A DNA stretch of 64,000 nt from an uncultured virus (IMG/VR IMGVR_UViG_3300020603_000002) (lineage: Duplodnaviria > Heunggongvirae > Uroviricota > Caudoviricetes), in the IMG/VR virus record IMGVR_UViG_3300020603_000002. One strand, written 5' to 3'. Under the pieces are notes generated by a model. That model was not told the DNA's origin. It did no database searches and saw only the letters and a list, made by a program, of their open reading frames with translations. The stretch's first letter is position 1; every line of letters begins with the position of its first letter. Made by a program: the position numbers and the translations under genes. Of the stretch, positions 54,431 through 64,000 are shown piece after piece.

Positions 54431-57417
54431 TATTGATTACAATAGATTTCGAACGATAATCCGATGTTTATTTCAAACTGATTAAAGTTCGGTATGCAAT
54501 TATTATTGAAAACGGTCACAATTTCATCATCTTCATTAATATTATAACTGTAACCTGAAAGTTGTAAATTATTTAACGCCTCAGTTAATCCATTAATCCA
54601 ATCTTGATTAGTCGGAACATTGAAAGGTCCGACTCCAACAAAAAATTCATAGTTTGTAAGTACAACGCCATTTAATCTCAAATCCGCGTACCATGTAGAA
54701 ACTACAGTATTCGGTAAACACGTTGCCGAATCCAAAGAATTATTAGAGTAAAAACTGTCTAAAGTAGAATTTAACACAGACCCCATCGAGGTAATGATTG
54801 GGTTATCATTCCAAGGATATAATCCACATATAACTTGTTGGACTGGACAATCGTAAACAAAAACTTGAGTAGAAAGTGAACATGGTTTACATGGTACGGG
54901 AACAATTTTACATCCTTCTTGTCTTCTCCATACAAACTTTTGTCTATGAAAAATAGAATTTTCTAATTTTACACCTGTATTCCAAATAGTGGTTGCAGGA
55001 ACCATTTGTTCAACCATTCTAATCCAATAGCTTCCCATACCATTGATATAATCTATCATAGTTTGATATGTAAAATTATCGTTAGTAATTCCTGCTTGTG
55101 TTTGTGATTCTAAATATTTCCAATATATAGATTGCAGTGTTGGGTATCCCCCTGTTTTGCCGTCCGTTATAAATTGTCTATTTCTAGTGTTTACCATGTT
55201 TCTCCAAAAAGTTTGAGCAAATTCGAAAAAAGTTTTTTGTTTTGGTTTTGGAACTATTGTTGTCCAATCTATACCTCCGTATCTCGGGTAGAGATTTTGT
55301 ACCTTACAAGGCGTATCCGGTGTGTAGAAAAGACCTTGTTCGGGGATTGGGTAATTATATTGTCGAGACATTGTCCAAACATCATAGACTAAACCTTGTG
55401 CGGGATTCATCATAATGTCCACATTTTTAACATTTAATGTTAAACATTCTTCACCAACAGAATAATAAGCCGTAAATCCACCATCAGATGCGAGTCTGAG
55501 TGTTGGATTTGTATCTGTCCAACTTTTTTTGTTGTCACTAATTCTTTTTAACTTATATCCCAAATTCATGTATGGGAAATTTCTATACAATTGAAGATAT
55601 TCTTCACCGTAATTGAAAGGTAATAATTCTGTTTGAAAATTAGGGTTGTTACCTATAAATATTTGATTTGTTGGTGGTGCAAACTCCGGCATTCTATGAT
55701 CTGGTGTTGATTCAAACCAACCTCCACCTATTTGGAAAAAATACGATTCTGATTGAGTTGCCATCTTTGGACATCCAAAATCATCAACAGGATAATCTTC
55801 TCTTGTTGTTAAAACTGTTCGATTTGCTAACGTTGTTGTAAAACCAGTGTATTGAATTCCTTGTATGGAAAATGTGTTGTTTGTTTCTAGTACTGGAAAT
55901 TGTTCAGTAAATGTTCCTCCAGATAAACTTAAAAACTGTTGTTGGAATTCAGACATGTTGATTCTTTGATCGGCAACATAAATGTATTCGTTAAAATCTA
56001 TCAGTGCTTCTGGAGCCCCCACCATTCTAAGCAAACATTCTATTGATTTACGAGTTCCTTTGGATTTGAACAACCACGCCGAATTTATAATTAAATTTCT
56101 ATAAAATTGATAGTTTATCTCTTCAGGTGTTGGTCCTATTTGTAATCCAGGAAATGTGTTTGGTTGGGTTGTAAAAACCGCTTGTAATAATTCTTCGTTT
56201 GATATTGGCGAAAAGTTTGTAACCCATCCTAATGTTTGAGCCAAATTTTTAAGAAGTTGTGATGGTATGTCATTTTTAACGGTATAATGAACACTATTAA
56301 TATTCCCTAAAACAGAAATGAAGGACTTTGTTTGATCAAAACTTCTACCATAAATTTGTAACAATTTTTCAAATTTACGATCTGGAGTATCAAATTCTTT
56401 CAAGCATCCAGTTGTCAAAAATCTCGATATAATATTTGTATTATACGTATCTAAATTAATTGCAAAATCATTAATTTTGGTAAGATAATTATCGAAAACT
56501 TGGGATTCAATATCTAAATTCCACACCCCACTTTTTGGAAATGTTGCAAGTTCAGTTGTTATAGTAAAAGTTCCATCTTCTTGTTCTTTAGGAACCGTAA
56601 AGGTTGCGGTATATGCCGGAGTTATATTTCTATTCAGTAAAAATTTTTCTACTGGATCAAACTTCAAGTTGAAAACTCTGTTAACTTCAAAACTATTTGG
56701 TCGAATAACCAAATAGTCGTATGAAATACTGTCTCGATTAAATGGATTACCATCAACTATCATTTTTAAAGAAGTAGATTTATTAGTTGTTGGGTATAAA
56801 TAATTTATTGGATATTCATTTCCATTCACTACTAATACATATTTTTTATATTCCAACTTCATGTTTCTCAAAATAGAAATTTCCATTTCATTGAACAACA
56901 TATTGGTTTCTGCGTTAACTGTGTAATCTATATCGAATGGGTTTCTTATCGATGTTATCAGTATTTCTAAAGTTGTATCGTTTTCAACTGAGTCATAAGT
57001 TATATTAAAGGCTGTCTCTTGTGTGATAAATTTGTCAGTAGTTGGAGAAACTTCTAAACCTGCCGGAAAAAAATTTATTATTTTGGTTATTGATACTGAA
57101 AATCTTTTAATCAATGATCCATACTGTGTAAAATTAGTAACTTGGGATAAATCGTAGTTAGGATATACTCTGTAGTTGTTCGCCAATATTTCCGCGGCTT
57201 CGACGTTGTTTTCAATATTTATACCTTGTAAATTTATAGGATCTGAAAAAGTTCCGATATTAAATTTTCTAGTTTGTTTTTCAGAAATATTTGTGGTAAA
57301 GTTGAAATTTGCTTGTGTCAAACCTCCTCCAGTTACTAACTGAACTCCAACCAAATTATTTGAAAATTGATTGGCGGCGCTACTCTGAGTGGGACAAGTA
57401 AATTTATTAACCGCCAT
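54430..57417 (-). CDS. large baseplate-type structural protein
   Basis: LL..LA..LGW and LFKSKGTRKSIE motifs, typical of baseplate wedge/tail proteins. Confidence 0.65.
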   Translation of the reverse strand: MAVNKFTCPTQSSAANQFSNNLVGVQLVTGGGLTQANFNFTTNISEKQTRKFNIGTFSDPINLQGINIENNVEAAEILANNYRVYPNYDLSQVTNFTQYGSLIKRFSVSITKIINFFPAGLEVSPTTDKFITQETAFNITYDSVENDTTLEILITSIRNPFDIDYTVNAETNMLFNEMEISILRNMKLEYKKYVLVVNGNEYPINYLYPTTNKSTSLKMIVDGNPFNRDSISYDYLVIRPNSFEVNRVFNLKFDPVEKFLLNRNITPAYTATFTVPKEQEDGTFTITTELATFPKSGVWNLDIESQVFDNYLTKINDFAINLDTYNTNIISRFLTTGCLKEFDTPDRKFEKLLQIYGRSFDQTKSFISVLGNINSVHYTVKNDIPSQLLKNLAQTLGWVTNFSPISNEELLQAVFTTQPNTFPGLQIGPTPEEINYQFYRNLIINSAWLFKSKGTRKSIECLLRMVGAPEALIDFNEYIYVADQRINMSEFQQQFLSLSGGTFTEQFPVLETNNTFSIQGIQYTGFTTTLANRTVLTTREDYPVDDFGCPKMATQSESYFFQIGGGWFESTPDHRMPEFAPPTNQIFIGNNPNFQTELLPFNYGEEYLQLYRNFPYMNLGYKLKRISDNKKSWTDTNPTLRLASDGGFTAYYSVGEECLTLNVKNVDIMMNPAQGLVYDVWTMSRQYNYPIPEQGLFYTPDTPCKVQNLYPRYGGIDWTTIVPKPKQKTFFEFAQTFWRNMVNTRNRQFITDGKTGGYPTLQSIYWKYLESQTQAGITNDNFTYQTMIDYINGMGSYWIRMVEQMVPATTIWNTGVKLENSIFHRQKFVWRRQEGCKIVPVPCKPCSLSTQVFVYDCPVQQVICGLYPWNDNPIITSMGSVLNSTLDSFYSNNSLDSATCLPNTVVSTWYADLRLNGVVLTNYEFFVGVGPFNVPTNQDWINGLTEALNNLQLSGYSYNINEDDEIVTVFNNNCIPNFNQFEINIGLSFEIYCNQ

Positions 57418-58322
57418 TAAGGTGTGATATTATTAAATGCTTTAGAAAAATCAATATTGTCGCCTCGGTTTTCTCTTACTTCATAGAGTAGAGAGTTGAA
57501 TTGGTCTTTGATTTCATATAAGTTATACTGTTTATAAATATTATTATCAGTATCGTAAATTGTATAGATACCGTCTTCAATCGACTTAGTTTGGTTTCCA
57601 TATAAGGCAATTGCAAGGGTTGAGATGTCTTGGTCTACAATTTCAATTTCTGTTGAAATTGGATTAAAATATGTGTTTGTTATAATAATATTTTGATTAG
57701 GTTGTCCAATGAATGGAGTTGCACTTGGTTTGTTACTAGGCGAAGACGATGGTGATAAAGTACAAAACATCAAATTTGTTGCACCCTCCACATATCGATA
57801 TCTAATTGATTTTTGAATTGTGTTGGTTAAGTTTTGAATGACGGGTTCGCAATAAAAGGATGAAGTTATTATTCTAAAAAAATTTGGAATTTTAGTCCCA
57901 TCTGAATTCAAATACTCAACTCTAAATCCAACGAGACCTTGATTTATAAATTTATTTTTGTATTCAACAGGAACATTATTAAGATCAATTACAATTCCTT
58001 TGACATTAGGTAATGCAGACAAAACCCCACAATCAGTTATTGTTGTTCTAATTTGTGCTGGTCTTATCATAAGTGTATATATTCCTAAACTAGTGAATTG
58101 ATCTGCGGGTAATTTTAAACTGTATAATCCCCCTAAAACCTCCACAGTATTTCCACCAGTCTCATTATTGTTAAAGTAGGGCCTCAAAACATCTTGTGCG
58201 TTTAAAGTGGTTAAAATAAAGTTTTCCGTGTCATCTCTTGATGGTGTATAAACCATGACAATTTCTACGTCCTCGGGGCTTACGTCTGCCGGTCTTATTG
58301 TCCCATAATTACCTGTTGCCAT
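57417..58322 (-). CDS. putative structural protein
   Basis: 301 aa in the structural module; late motif at 58341. Confidence 0.65.
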   Translation of the reverse strand: MATGNYGTIRPADVSPEDVEIVMVYTPSRDDTENFILTTLNAQDVLRPYFNNNETGGNTVEVLGGLYSLKLPADQFTSLGIYTLMIRPAQIRTTITDCGVLSALPNVKGIVIDLNNVPVEYKNKFINQGLVGFRVEYLNSDGTKIPNFFRIITSSFYCEPVIQNLTNTIQKSIRYRYVEGATNLMFCTLSPSSSPSNKPSATPFIGQPNQNIIITNTYFNPISTEIEIVDQDISTLAIALYGNQTKSIEDGIYTIYDTDNNIYKQYNLYEIKDQFNSLLYEVRENRGDNIDFSKAFNNITP

Positions 58323-58348
58323 TTTTTTTTCTTTTTTTTAATAAATAG

Positions 58349-59524
58349 TTATGTTGATATTTTTTCAATGTTAAAGTATTTGTATCCATATTTTTCCAAA
58401 TCACCTACATTATCAACTTCACCAATTCTTTGTATATTTTCTAGTGGGGTGTATTTACCCCTTTCTACAAAAACATTAGTTATAATTTCGGGTTCATCAA
58501 TAACATTAATCAAAGCCTCATTTTTTGTTAGAGCACTCAATACTATGTCACCAGGTGCCAACCCATATGAATCTGTGACATATATCGTAAAATCTTCATA
58601 ATCTAAGTATGTTATTCCATTAATTGTATAGGCAGTATAAGTATTAGATTGATTTGGTCCCCAAAACGTTCCTATTGCACCTGTTGTTCCAGTTACTTGT
58701 AGTCCTAATTTAAATTTGCCAGCATACAAACTTGATTTTGGTCCAAATTGTGATAAATCATTTACAGTCGATAAAGTTAAACCTGTGATTTGGAATGGAA
58801 CTGTTGTATAGTTATATGAATAATAATCATTAATATTTGTGTTCGAATCTCCTGTGAAAATATAATCGTAACTTAACGGGGTGTTCGCCCAACTACCTCC
58901 CGCAGGATAAAATGTTATTGATCCATTAGGGTTTGATATTGTTGCGTTTGTGAAAGGAATATTAATTTTTTTTTGAACTTTAGAAATGCCCCAAGGCGAG
59001 TTTGCCGTCAAAGTTATTGTATAACTTGTTTGACTAACAGGATAAGTATGTGTAATTGGAGTAATACCCAAAACTAATTGTGTTGGGGAACCGTCACCCC
59101 AATTAATTGTGTAAGTAGTTAATTGTAAAAATTTTATCAACTCCAAGTCAGAAGTGTTATAGAATGTATAGGTATAAGGGTTTAATGTGGTTGCAGTAAC
59201 AATAAAATTGTTTAACACGTCAAGTTGTAAAATCATTCCGTCTGTTGGAGTATAATAACCCAAATCGACAGTAGATTCAGTAAACATTATATTGATACTC
59301 AAACCACTAAGAAATGAAGTGCCTCCAGTGTTTCCTGATAATATATACTCCATTGGAAGATAAATTCCCGTTGTTCCTGTTGTAGTCGCACTGAGTGTTG
59401 TTGCAGTCAAACAACATGGATCTATAATTGTTGTGATATCGGTTTCGCCTGTATACGTTACGTACACTAAATCACTTTTAATGTTCTCAGGAGATACTAT
59501 AAAATTATATTGTTGTAGTTCCAT
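58349..59524 (-). CDS. structural protein with PKD-like domain
   Basis: YTINWGDGS...ITHTY....YTITLT. Confidence 0.7.
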   Translation of the reverse strand: MELQQYNFIVSPENIKSDLVYVTYTGETDITTIIDPCCLTATTLSATTTGTTGIYLPMEYILSGNTGGTSFLSGLSINIMFTESTVDLGYYTPTDGMILQLDVLNNFIVTATTLNPYTYTFYNTSDLELIKFLQLTTYTINWGDGSPTQLVLGITPITHTYPVSQTSYTITLTANSPWGISKVQKKINIPFTNATISNPNGSITFYPAGGSWANTPLSYDYIFTGDSNTNINDYYSYNYTTVPFQITGLTLSTVNDLSQFGPKSSLYAGKFKLGLQVTGTTGAIGTFWGPNQSNTYTAYTINGITYLDYEDFTIYVTDSYGLAPGDIVLSALTKNEALINVIDEPEIITNVFVERGKYTPLENIQRIGEVDNVGDLEKYGYKYFNIEKIST

Positions 59525-60327
59525 TATGGGTTAACGTATTCATACCATTTTATCGGTGTTACTGAATCTCCAACTCGCAAATTTGTTGAGGTGGAAAACA
59601 CTTCATATGTTTTAGTTGAGTAATTCAACTCATACCTATAATAGAAATAATCAGAATTATTAAAAGTAAACTTGTTTGGTAATATTAAATCTTGTTTAGT
59701 ATTGGTCATTTGTTTGAATGTTCCTATTCTTGCATCAAAAAATTTTGCGGTTACATAAAATTCATCTATATATATGAAATTTTTGCTCCTTAGCCAATAG
59801 ATGAAAAAACCTTCTTTATCACCTATAAAATCCAAAATCATTTGCGGTTTTTTAATATCAACTTGAGGAACTAAACTTGATAATGTTGCAATTTGTGTAG
59901 TTCCTTGTTGAACTGGAAGAATTATTGATAAGTAAATTTGTTGTTGTTTTTCATCTACACTATCATAAAAATCCAACTTGAAAAAAGATTTTGTAAATGG
60001 TTTAGAATAATAATAAATTTCACTAACACTAAATCCATTATTGAGATATGAAATCGACCAATTACCAACTGTATTTGCAGTTATAGGTTGTGAATAATCA
60101 TAAAAATAAAAATCATATTGTATCGAGGTGTTTTGGTTTGGAAATATATTTTGTGAAAATCTTGCAATTTCAAAATCTGCTGCAGGCCCAATGACTTGAT
60201 CAATAACTTCAACTTCATATTCATCAATCGCCTGATCTTTACCCGTAAAATCCCACTGCATATTGATTGGAACGTTGACATAACCATCGATACTACTTTT
60301 TATTATTTTAATTCTATTCGCATTCAT
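59524..60327 (-). CDS. putative structural protein
   Basis: 267 aa, coupled within the module. Confidence 0.65.
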   Translation of the reverse strand: MNANRIKIIKSSIDGYVNVPINMQWDFTGKDQAIDEYEVEVIDQVIGPAADFEIARFSQNIFPNQNTSIQYDFYFYDYSQPITANTVGNWSISYLNNGFSVSEIYYYSKPFTKSFFKLDFYDSVDEKQQQIYLSIILPVQQGTTQIATLSSLVPQVDIKKPQMILDFIGDKEGFFIYWLRSKNFIYIDEFYVTAKFFDARIGTFKQMTNTKQDLILPNKFTFNNSDYFYYRYELNYSTKTYEVFSTSTNLRVGDSVTPIKWYEYVNP

Positions 60328-62125
60328 CGGATAAAGGATCTGCTATTGTTGTAATATTCAACGGTATTGAACCTGAAGTTGCGTAATCATTGGGTATATT
60401 AAATAATTCTGGCGTAATTCTGAATATTGTATTTTTGTATGGATAATGTGCATCATTTAAAAAAGGATAATCTACACCAATACCATCAGTATCGATAAAC
60501 CCGTATGGATATTTATCTCTCCACCTGAAAAGTACCGCTAACGTTGAGTAATAAGAATAATCAGGTATTCCGACTACATTCAATGAATCTGCTTCTTCAA
60601 CATAATCTGAAAAAGCCGCAATTCGAATTACACTATGTGGTTGATAAAAATAACCAGGTTGATTGGTCGGCGTGAAATTAGTAAGTAAGGTAAACCAATT
60701 TGTATTATATTTTATTTTGTGTTGATATTCTGAAATAACCCTTTCAAATTGATTATAGTCATTCCATTCACAAAAATCCCCATCTATTGTGTCTCCTGAT
60801 TGTAAAAAATTGTTATAAAAAAATGGACCTGATCCAATAAGTGAAACATAGCTATTTTGTCCTATTAATGGGTTCGAGTTTATATTATTGTCATCCCACC
60901 AAATTTGGGGTTTATTGTTTTCTAAAAAAGTATTAAAATACCAACCTTGTTTTAAATTTTTAGTCCACCCAAAATACCCTCTCCAAATTGTAGTAAAAAA
61001 TAATTCAGATAAAGGTCTTCCTTGATTGTCACTCAATCCTTGTATGTTAACATCACAATTGAAGGAAAGGGTGTATGTTCTACTTCCTTCTTTCGTTGAG
61101 GTCCTGTTTCGATTATCTGGTGTTAATGCGTCTACTTCACATTTTACTTTGTCACCATATATGTTTCTTTCAAAACCTGCATTTACAACTACCGCACATT
61201 CAGGATTTGTAAGAATTCTATGTCTTCTAACATAATATTTACTTATTGTGTCTGCAGAATTGGCAACGTTAATAATTCTTCTGAAAGTTCCTTGTTGATT
61301 ACTGTTAAAAGTTGTACCAGTATATCCAATATTTTTTATATTGAATATAAATTGGTCTGAGCCTTTTCCCGAATTTCCTAAGCTTGCTACTTGAAATATT
61401 TCAATTCCATTATAATTGATTGTTAAATAAACATATTCACCAACCTCCAACCCGTGTCTAACGGGACATTTGAATGATATTTCATTAGTATTGTTATTAT
61501 TTCCAACAATTACATAGAATGGGATCCCATCAGATGCCGTCCAATTCCAAGTAATTTGTTTTCTCGGTTCAGAAGCAAACAATTGTTTATTATAATCATT
61601 ATTAAATGCGTAACTAATATAATGACTCCAATTATAAGTTGAAGCACTTACGTTTTTGAAGTTCAAATGATTACTAGGTGGTTGAGTATATCCTACAACA
61701 TCGTTGTCTGTTCTGATAAAATCGAATTCGAAATATTGTGGAAATCCACTCCAAAGAACTAAAGGATTTATTGGTGGGTTTGGAATCAATCCATTAATGT
61801 TTGCATTACCCGATGGGTAATAATTTGCCGCGTTTTGAACTTCGTTTGTGTAATATAAATTGTTTCTAAAAGGTATATATTTTGTAGCTCCTGTCAAACC
61901 ATTTTCAAATAAAATTGTATATTTCGAAACAGGTCTAAAGACTGTTGAAGCTTGTCGTTCTTCATCAAATACTGTTGCTAAATTAACATCTACACTTCTA
62001 TCATATTCGATTAGATTTCTGAAACTTTGAGTAAAAGGCACGTTCAAAAATTCATCTTGTTTAGGTGCGGATTTAAATCTTTGTGTTGAAAGAATTATTT
62101 TGGTTGAGGGATCTACATTCATCAT
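60314..62125 (-). CDS. putative structural protein
   Basis: 603 aa, coupled within the module. Confidence 0.65.
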   Translation of the reverse strand: MMNVDPSTKIILSTQRFKSAPKQDEFLNVPFTQSFRNLIEYDRSVDVNLATVFDEERQASTVFRPVSKYTILFENGLTGATKYIPFRNNLYYTNEVQNAANYYPSGNANINGLIPNPPINPLVLWSGFPQYFEFDFIRTDNDVVGYTQPPSNHLNFKNVSASTYNWSHYISYAFNNDYNKQLFASEPRKQITWNWTASDGIPFYVIVGNNNNTNEISFKCPVRHGLEVGEYVYLTINYNGIEIFQVASLGNSGKGSDQFIFNIKNIGYTGTTFNSNQQGTFRRIINVANSADTISKYYVRRHRILTNPECAVVVNAGFERNIYGDKVKCEVDALTPDNRNRTSTKEGSRTYTLSFNCDVNIQGLSDNQGRPLSELFFTTIWRGYFGWTKNLKQGWYFNTFLENNKPQIWWDDNNINSNPLIGQNSYVSLIGSGPFFYNNFLQSGDTIDGDFCEWNDYNQFERVISEYQHKIKYNTNWFTLLTNFTPTNQPGYFYQPHSVIRIAAFSDYVEEADSLNVVGIPDYSYYSTLAVLFRWRDKYPYGFIDTDGIGVDYPFLNDAHYPYKNTIFRITPELFNIPNDYATSGSIPLNITTIADPLSDECE

Positions 62126-64000
62126 TCTTCTTCTACTGAGACGTAAAGTTTATAAAATCTATCGATTGCCGTTTTACCATTATTTAATCCAAAATAGAAG
62201 TGATATGGTGCACCAACCACAACCGCTTGATTAGGTATTCCTGAAGGTTGTCCGAAATTTACAACAGTTGGTGGAATTAATGGTTCTGGAACTCCAGCCA
62301 AAGTATAGTTTGTAATATAACCTAAATTAGTTGTACTAGTTTTATATTTTTCTCCCGATGTTGTAAAATTTAAATCTTGATAATTTTTCTTAAAAAAACC
62401 TTGTCCTATGATATCAGTATACCAATTATTATCTTCTGTTCCAAAAATATTCTGACTAGGATTACTTTTTTTCAAACTCCATTTATAGTGAGGAACTTCT
62501 TGTGATTTAGGATAACCAAAGTAGTTTTGAATCAAAGGATTGAATGAGTATGTCTCGATTCCTGGCGATTCTATTTGTCTATATCTTGAACTTTCTTCAG
62601 GTGTTTGAAAAAACAAACCAAGTACAGGTTTAATTTCCGCGCCAGAAGGTGGGTTAGAGGGATAATAGTTGTCTCCGAAAAAAATATAGGAATTTGCATT
62701 AGGTCCTTGTAAATTTTCAACTATGAAGGGAAGAACTTTCCATTCAGAGTTAATTGACAACATTTGAGCCCAATCTCCATCAATTCTATCTCCACCTCGA
62801 TTACTGTTAAAAAACTGAACGATACCTTTTCCTTCCGAGTTCTTTCCACCAGTACTGATAGGTATGATTCTTTGTCTGACTCCTTGATTCAATATTCTAG
62901 ATAAAAATCCTAATTGGACTATATCTGCGTTATCTTGGTAAGATGTTGACTTTAACTGATCGGCATAATATGACGATGCATCAGTTTTACAACAAATTTC
63001 ATTAATAAAAGAATCCCTTGGACCTAAGTCCACTAATGTAGTTGGAAATTGTATTTGTCTTTTATTATAACCATATCCAGGATAGTTTATCAGAGATGAG
63101 GGAATGTTGGGATTTGGGGTCGGACTTGCCTTTCCAATAAATTCTTGAATTGTATTATTCCAAGGTGAAGACCTGTAATAAAAAATATTATTGATATCAT
63201 CGAATATGATTACATTTTTACAATATGAATAGTTTGATGATGAAGGATTTAAACTAAATTGGAGTCTTTTATTAAAGTTAAACATATATAAAACTCCGTT
63301 TATCCAATTGTTTTGAAATGCTTGTGCAAATACCCCCCTACAAGCCGCAAAATTCATTGTAAATCTAACTTTCCATTCTAAAAACAATCTCACATCTTCA
63401 TCGTATTGTGAGACATATTTTTTGTTCAATAAACAGTAGCATCCATTAATCATTCTATTTGCAGGAATTGAGCATTGTCCCGCAGGTAACACACCAACGT
63501 TATTACCCGAACCACTATAACAAGCTAAAGGAACCATTCCCTCGCAAGTCAAAGTATTAGTTAAACCTGATGTGATATCATCTTGATCTAAAGATTCACC
63601 ACTCGGTAAATCTAAACCTGCACTAATTGTTGGTGGAGATAATACTCCTCCAACGGCGTAAAATGCAAAATTATTATTTTGATGTAACGCATATCCTGTA
63701 TTAATTTGTGCGCCATTTTCTGTTTTGGTAGAAGTTGGTAATCTGTCACTTCTCATAACTATTCTATTGGAGTCTAAGAAATTAATCTCTGAAAGTGGAT
63801 ATGTATAGTATGCCGGTGAATATGTAGATACAAGTCCTGCTTGAGCTATAAAATATGGACCATTTACTGGATGTTTATAATATTGTTGTTTCTGACAATT
63901 TGAATTGCAACTACCACCACTACCCGTAGTTAATGCAATAGGTAAACTTACGTTTGAATTCCATCTCATATATGTACCCCCAACAGTATAAAAAGAAACA
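62122..64000 (-). CDS. large putative structural protein, partial (start beyond the window)
   Basis: The frame stays open from 63969 to the window edge (VSFYTVGGTY-M...). Confidence 0.7.
   Translation of the reverse strand, partial: VSFYTVGGTYMRWNSNVSLPIALTTGSGGSCNSNCQKQQYYKHPVNGPYFIAQAGLVSTYSPAYYTYPLSEINFLDSNRIVMRSDRLPTSTKTENGAQINTGYALHQNNNFAFYAVGGVLSPPTISAGLDLPSGESLDQDDITSGLTNTLTCEGMVPLACYSGSGNNVGVLPAGQCSIPANRMINGCYCLLNKKYVSQYDEDVRLFLEWKVRFTMNFAACRGVFAQAFQNNWINGVLYMFNFNKRLQFSLNPSSSNYSYCKNVIIFDDINNIFYYRSSPWNNTIQEFIGKASPTPNPNIPSSLINYPGYGYNKRQIQFPTTLVDLGPRDSFINEICCKTDASSYYADQLKSTSYQDNADIVQLGFLSRILNQGVRQRIIPISTGGKNSEGKGIVQFFNSNRGGDRIDGDWAQMLSINSEWKVLPFIVENLQGPNANSYIFFGDNYYPSNPPSGAEIKPVLGLFFQTPEESSRYRQIESPGIETYSFNPLIQNYFGYPKSQEVPHYKWSLKKSNPSQNIFGTEDNNWYTDIIGQGFFKKNYQDLNFTTSGEKYKTSTTNLGYITNYTLAGVPEPLIPPTVVNFGQPSGIPNQAVVVGAPYHFYFGLNNGKTAIDRFYKLYVSVEEE

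Noticed and set aside
1..64000. Stop-codon reassignment, as in some large Bacteroidota phages
   Set aside because: Long conserved genes are intact in code 11, and TAG/TGA end genes normally; internal stops occur only in decayed remnants and include TAA
1..64000. Eukaryotic giant virus or cellular origin, suggested by annexin, LRR, GSII and Cys-rich proteins
   Set aside because: Sigma-70, DnaG-type primase, intrinsic terminators, PG-binding/amidase genes and coupled operons indicate a bacteriophage
1..64000. tRNA or rRNA genes
   Set aside because: No cloverleaf or T-loop signature seen by eye in the intergenic regions; tRNAscan-SE would confirm

Overview
AT-rich, gene-dense 64 kb segment of a large (jumbo-type) tailed dsDNA phage genome, read in the standard genetic code, with most genes on the minus strand. 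A Bacteroidota host is likely: there are TAnnTTTG -7 promoters, no Shine-Dalgarno sequences, an Hc1 histone-like gene and SprB repeats. Left and middle (1-43 kb): small accessory genes; host-like genes (glutamine synthetase II, thioredoxin, glutaredoxin, DnaJ, Nudix, kinase plus phosphoesterase); three DNA methyltransferases; a sigma-70 factor; SbcCD (gp46/47), an exonuclease and a primase; and a probable lysis region. Right (43-64 kb): RuvC and a tail/baseplate structural module. Most notable: (1) a glycosyltransferase resembling plant Hyp/Ser protein O-glycosyltransferases inside a cluster of structural proteins with mucin-like PT/T/S tracts, a candidate virion O-glycosylation system; (2) a shared N-terminal leader ending in I/L-x-E on at least 8 unrelated proteins, mostly behind a TATTTAT(A) motif, a candidate capsid-targeting system whose cargo includes annexin-, LRR-, HExxH- and PG-binding proteins; (3) a structured ~170-190 nt intergenic RNA candidate after the sigma gene; (4) a catalytically degenerate MetK-like protein; (5) several small ORFs and pseudogenes missing from the ORF track. 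All family assignments are by-eye motif recognition; no searches were run. I saw no tRNA, rRNA or CRISPR array.
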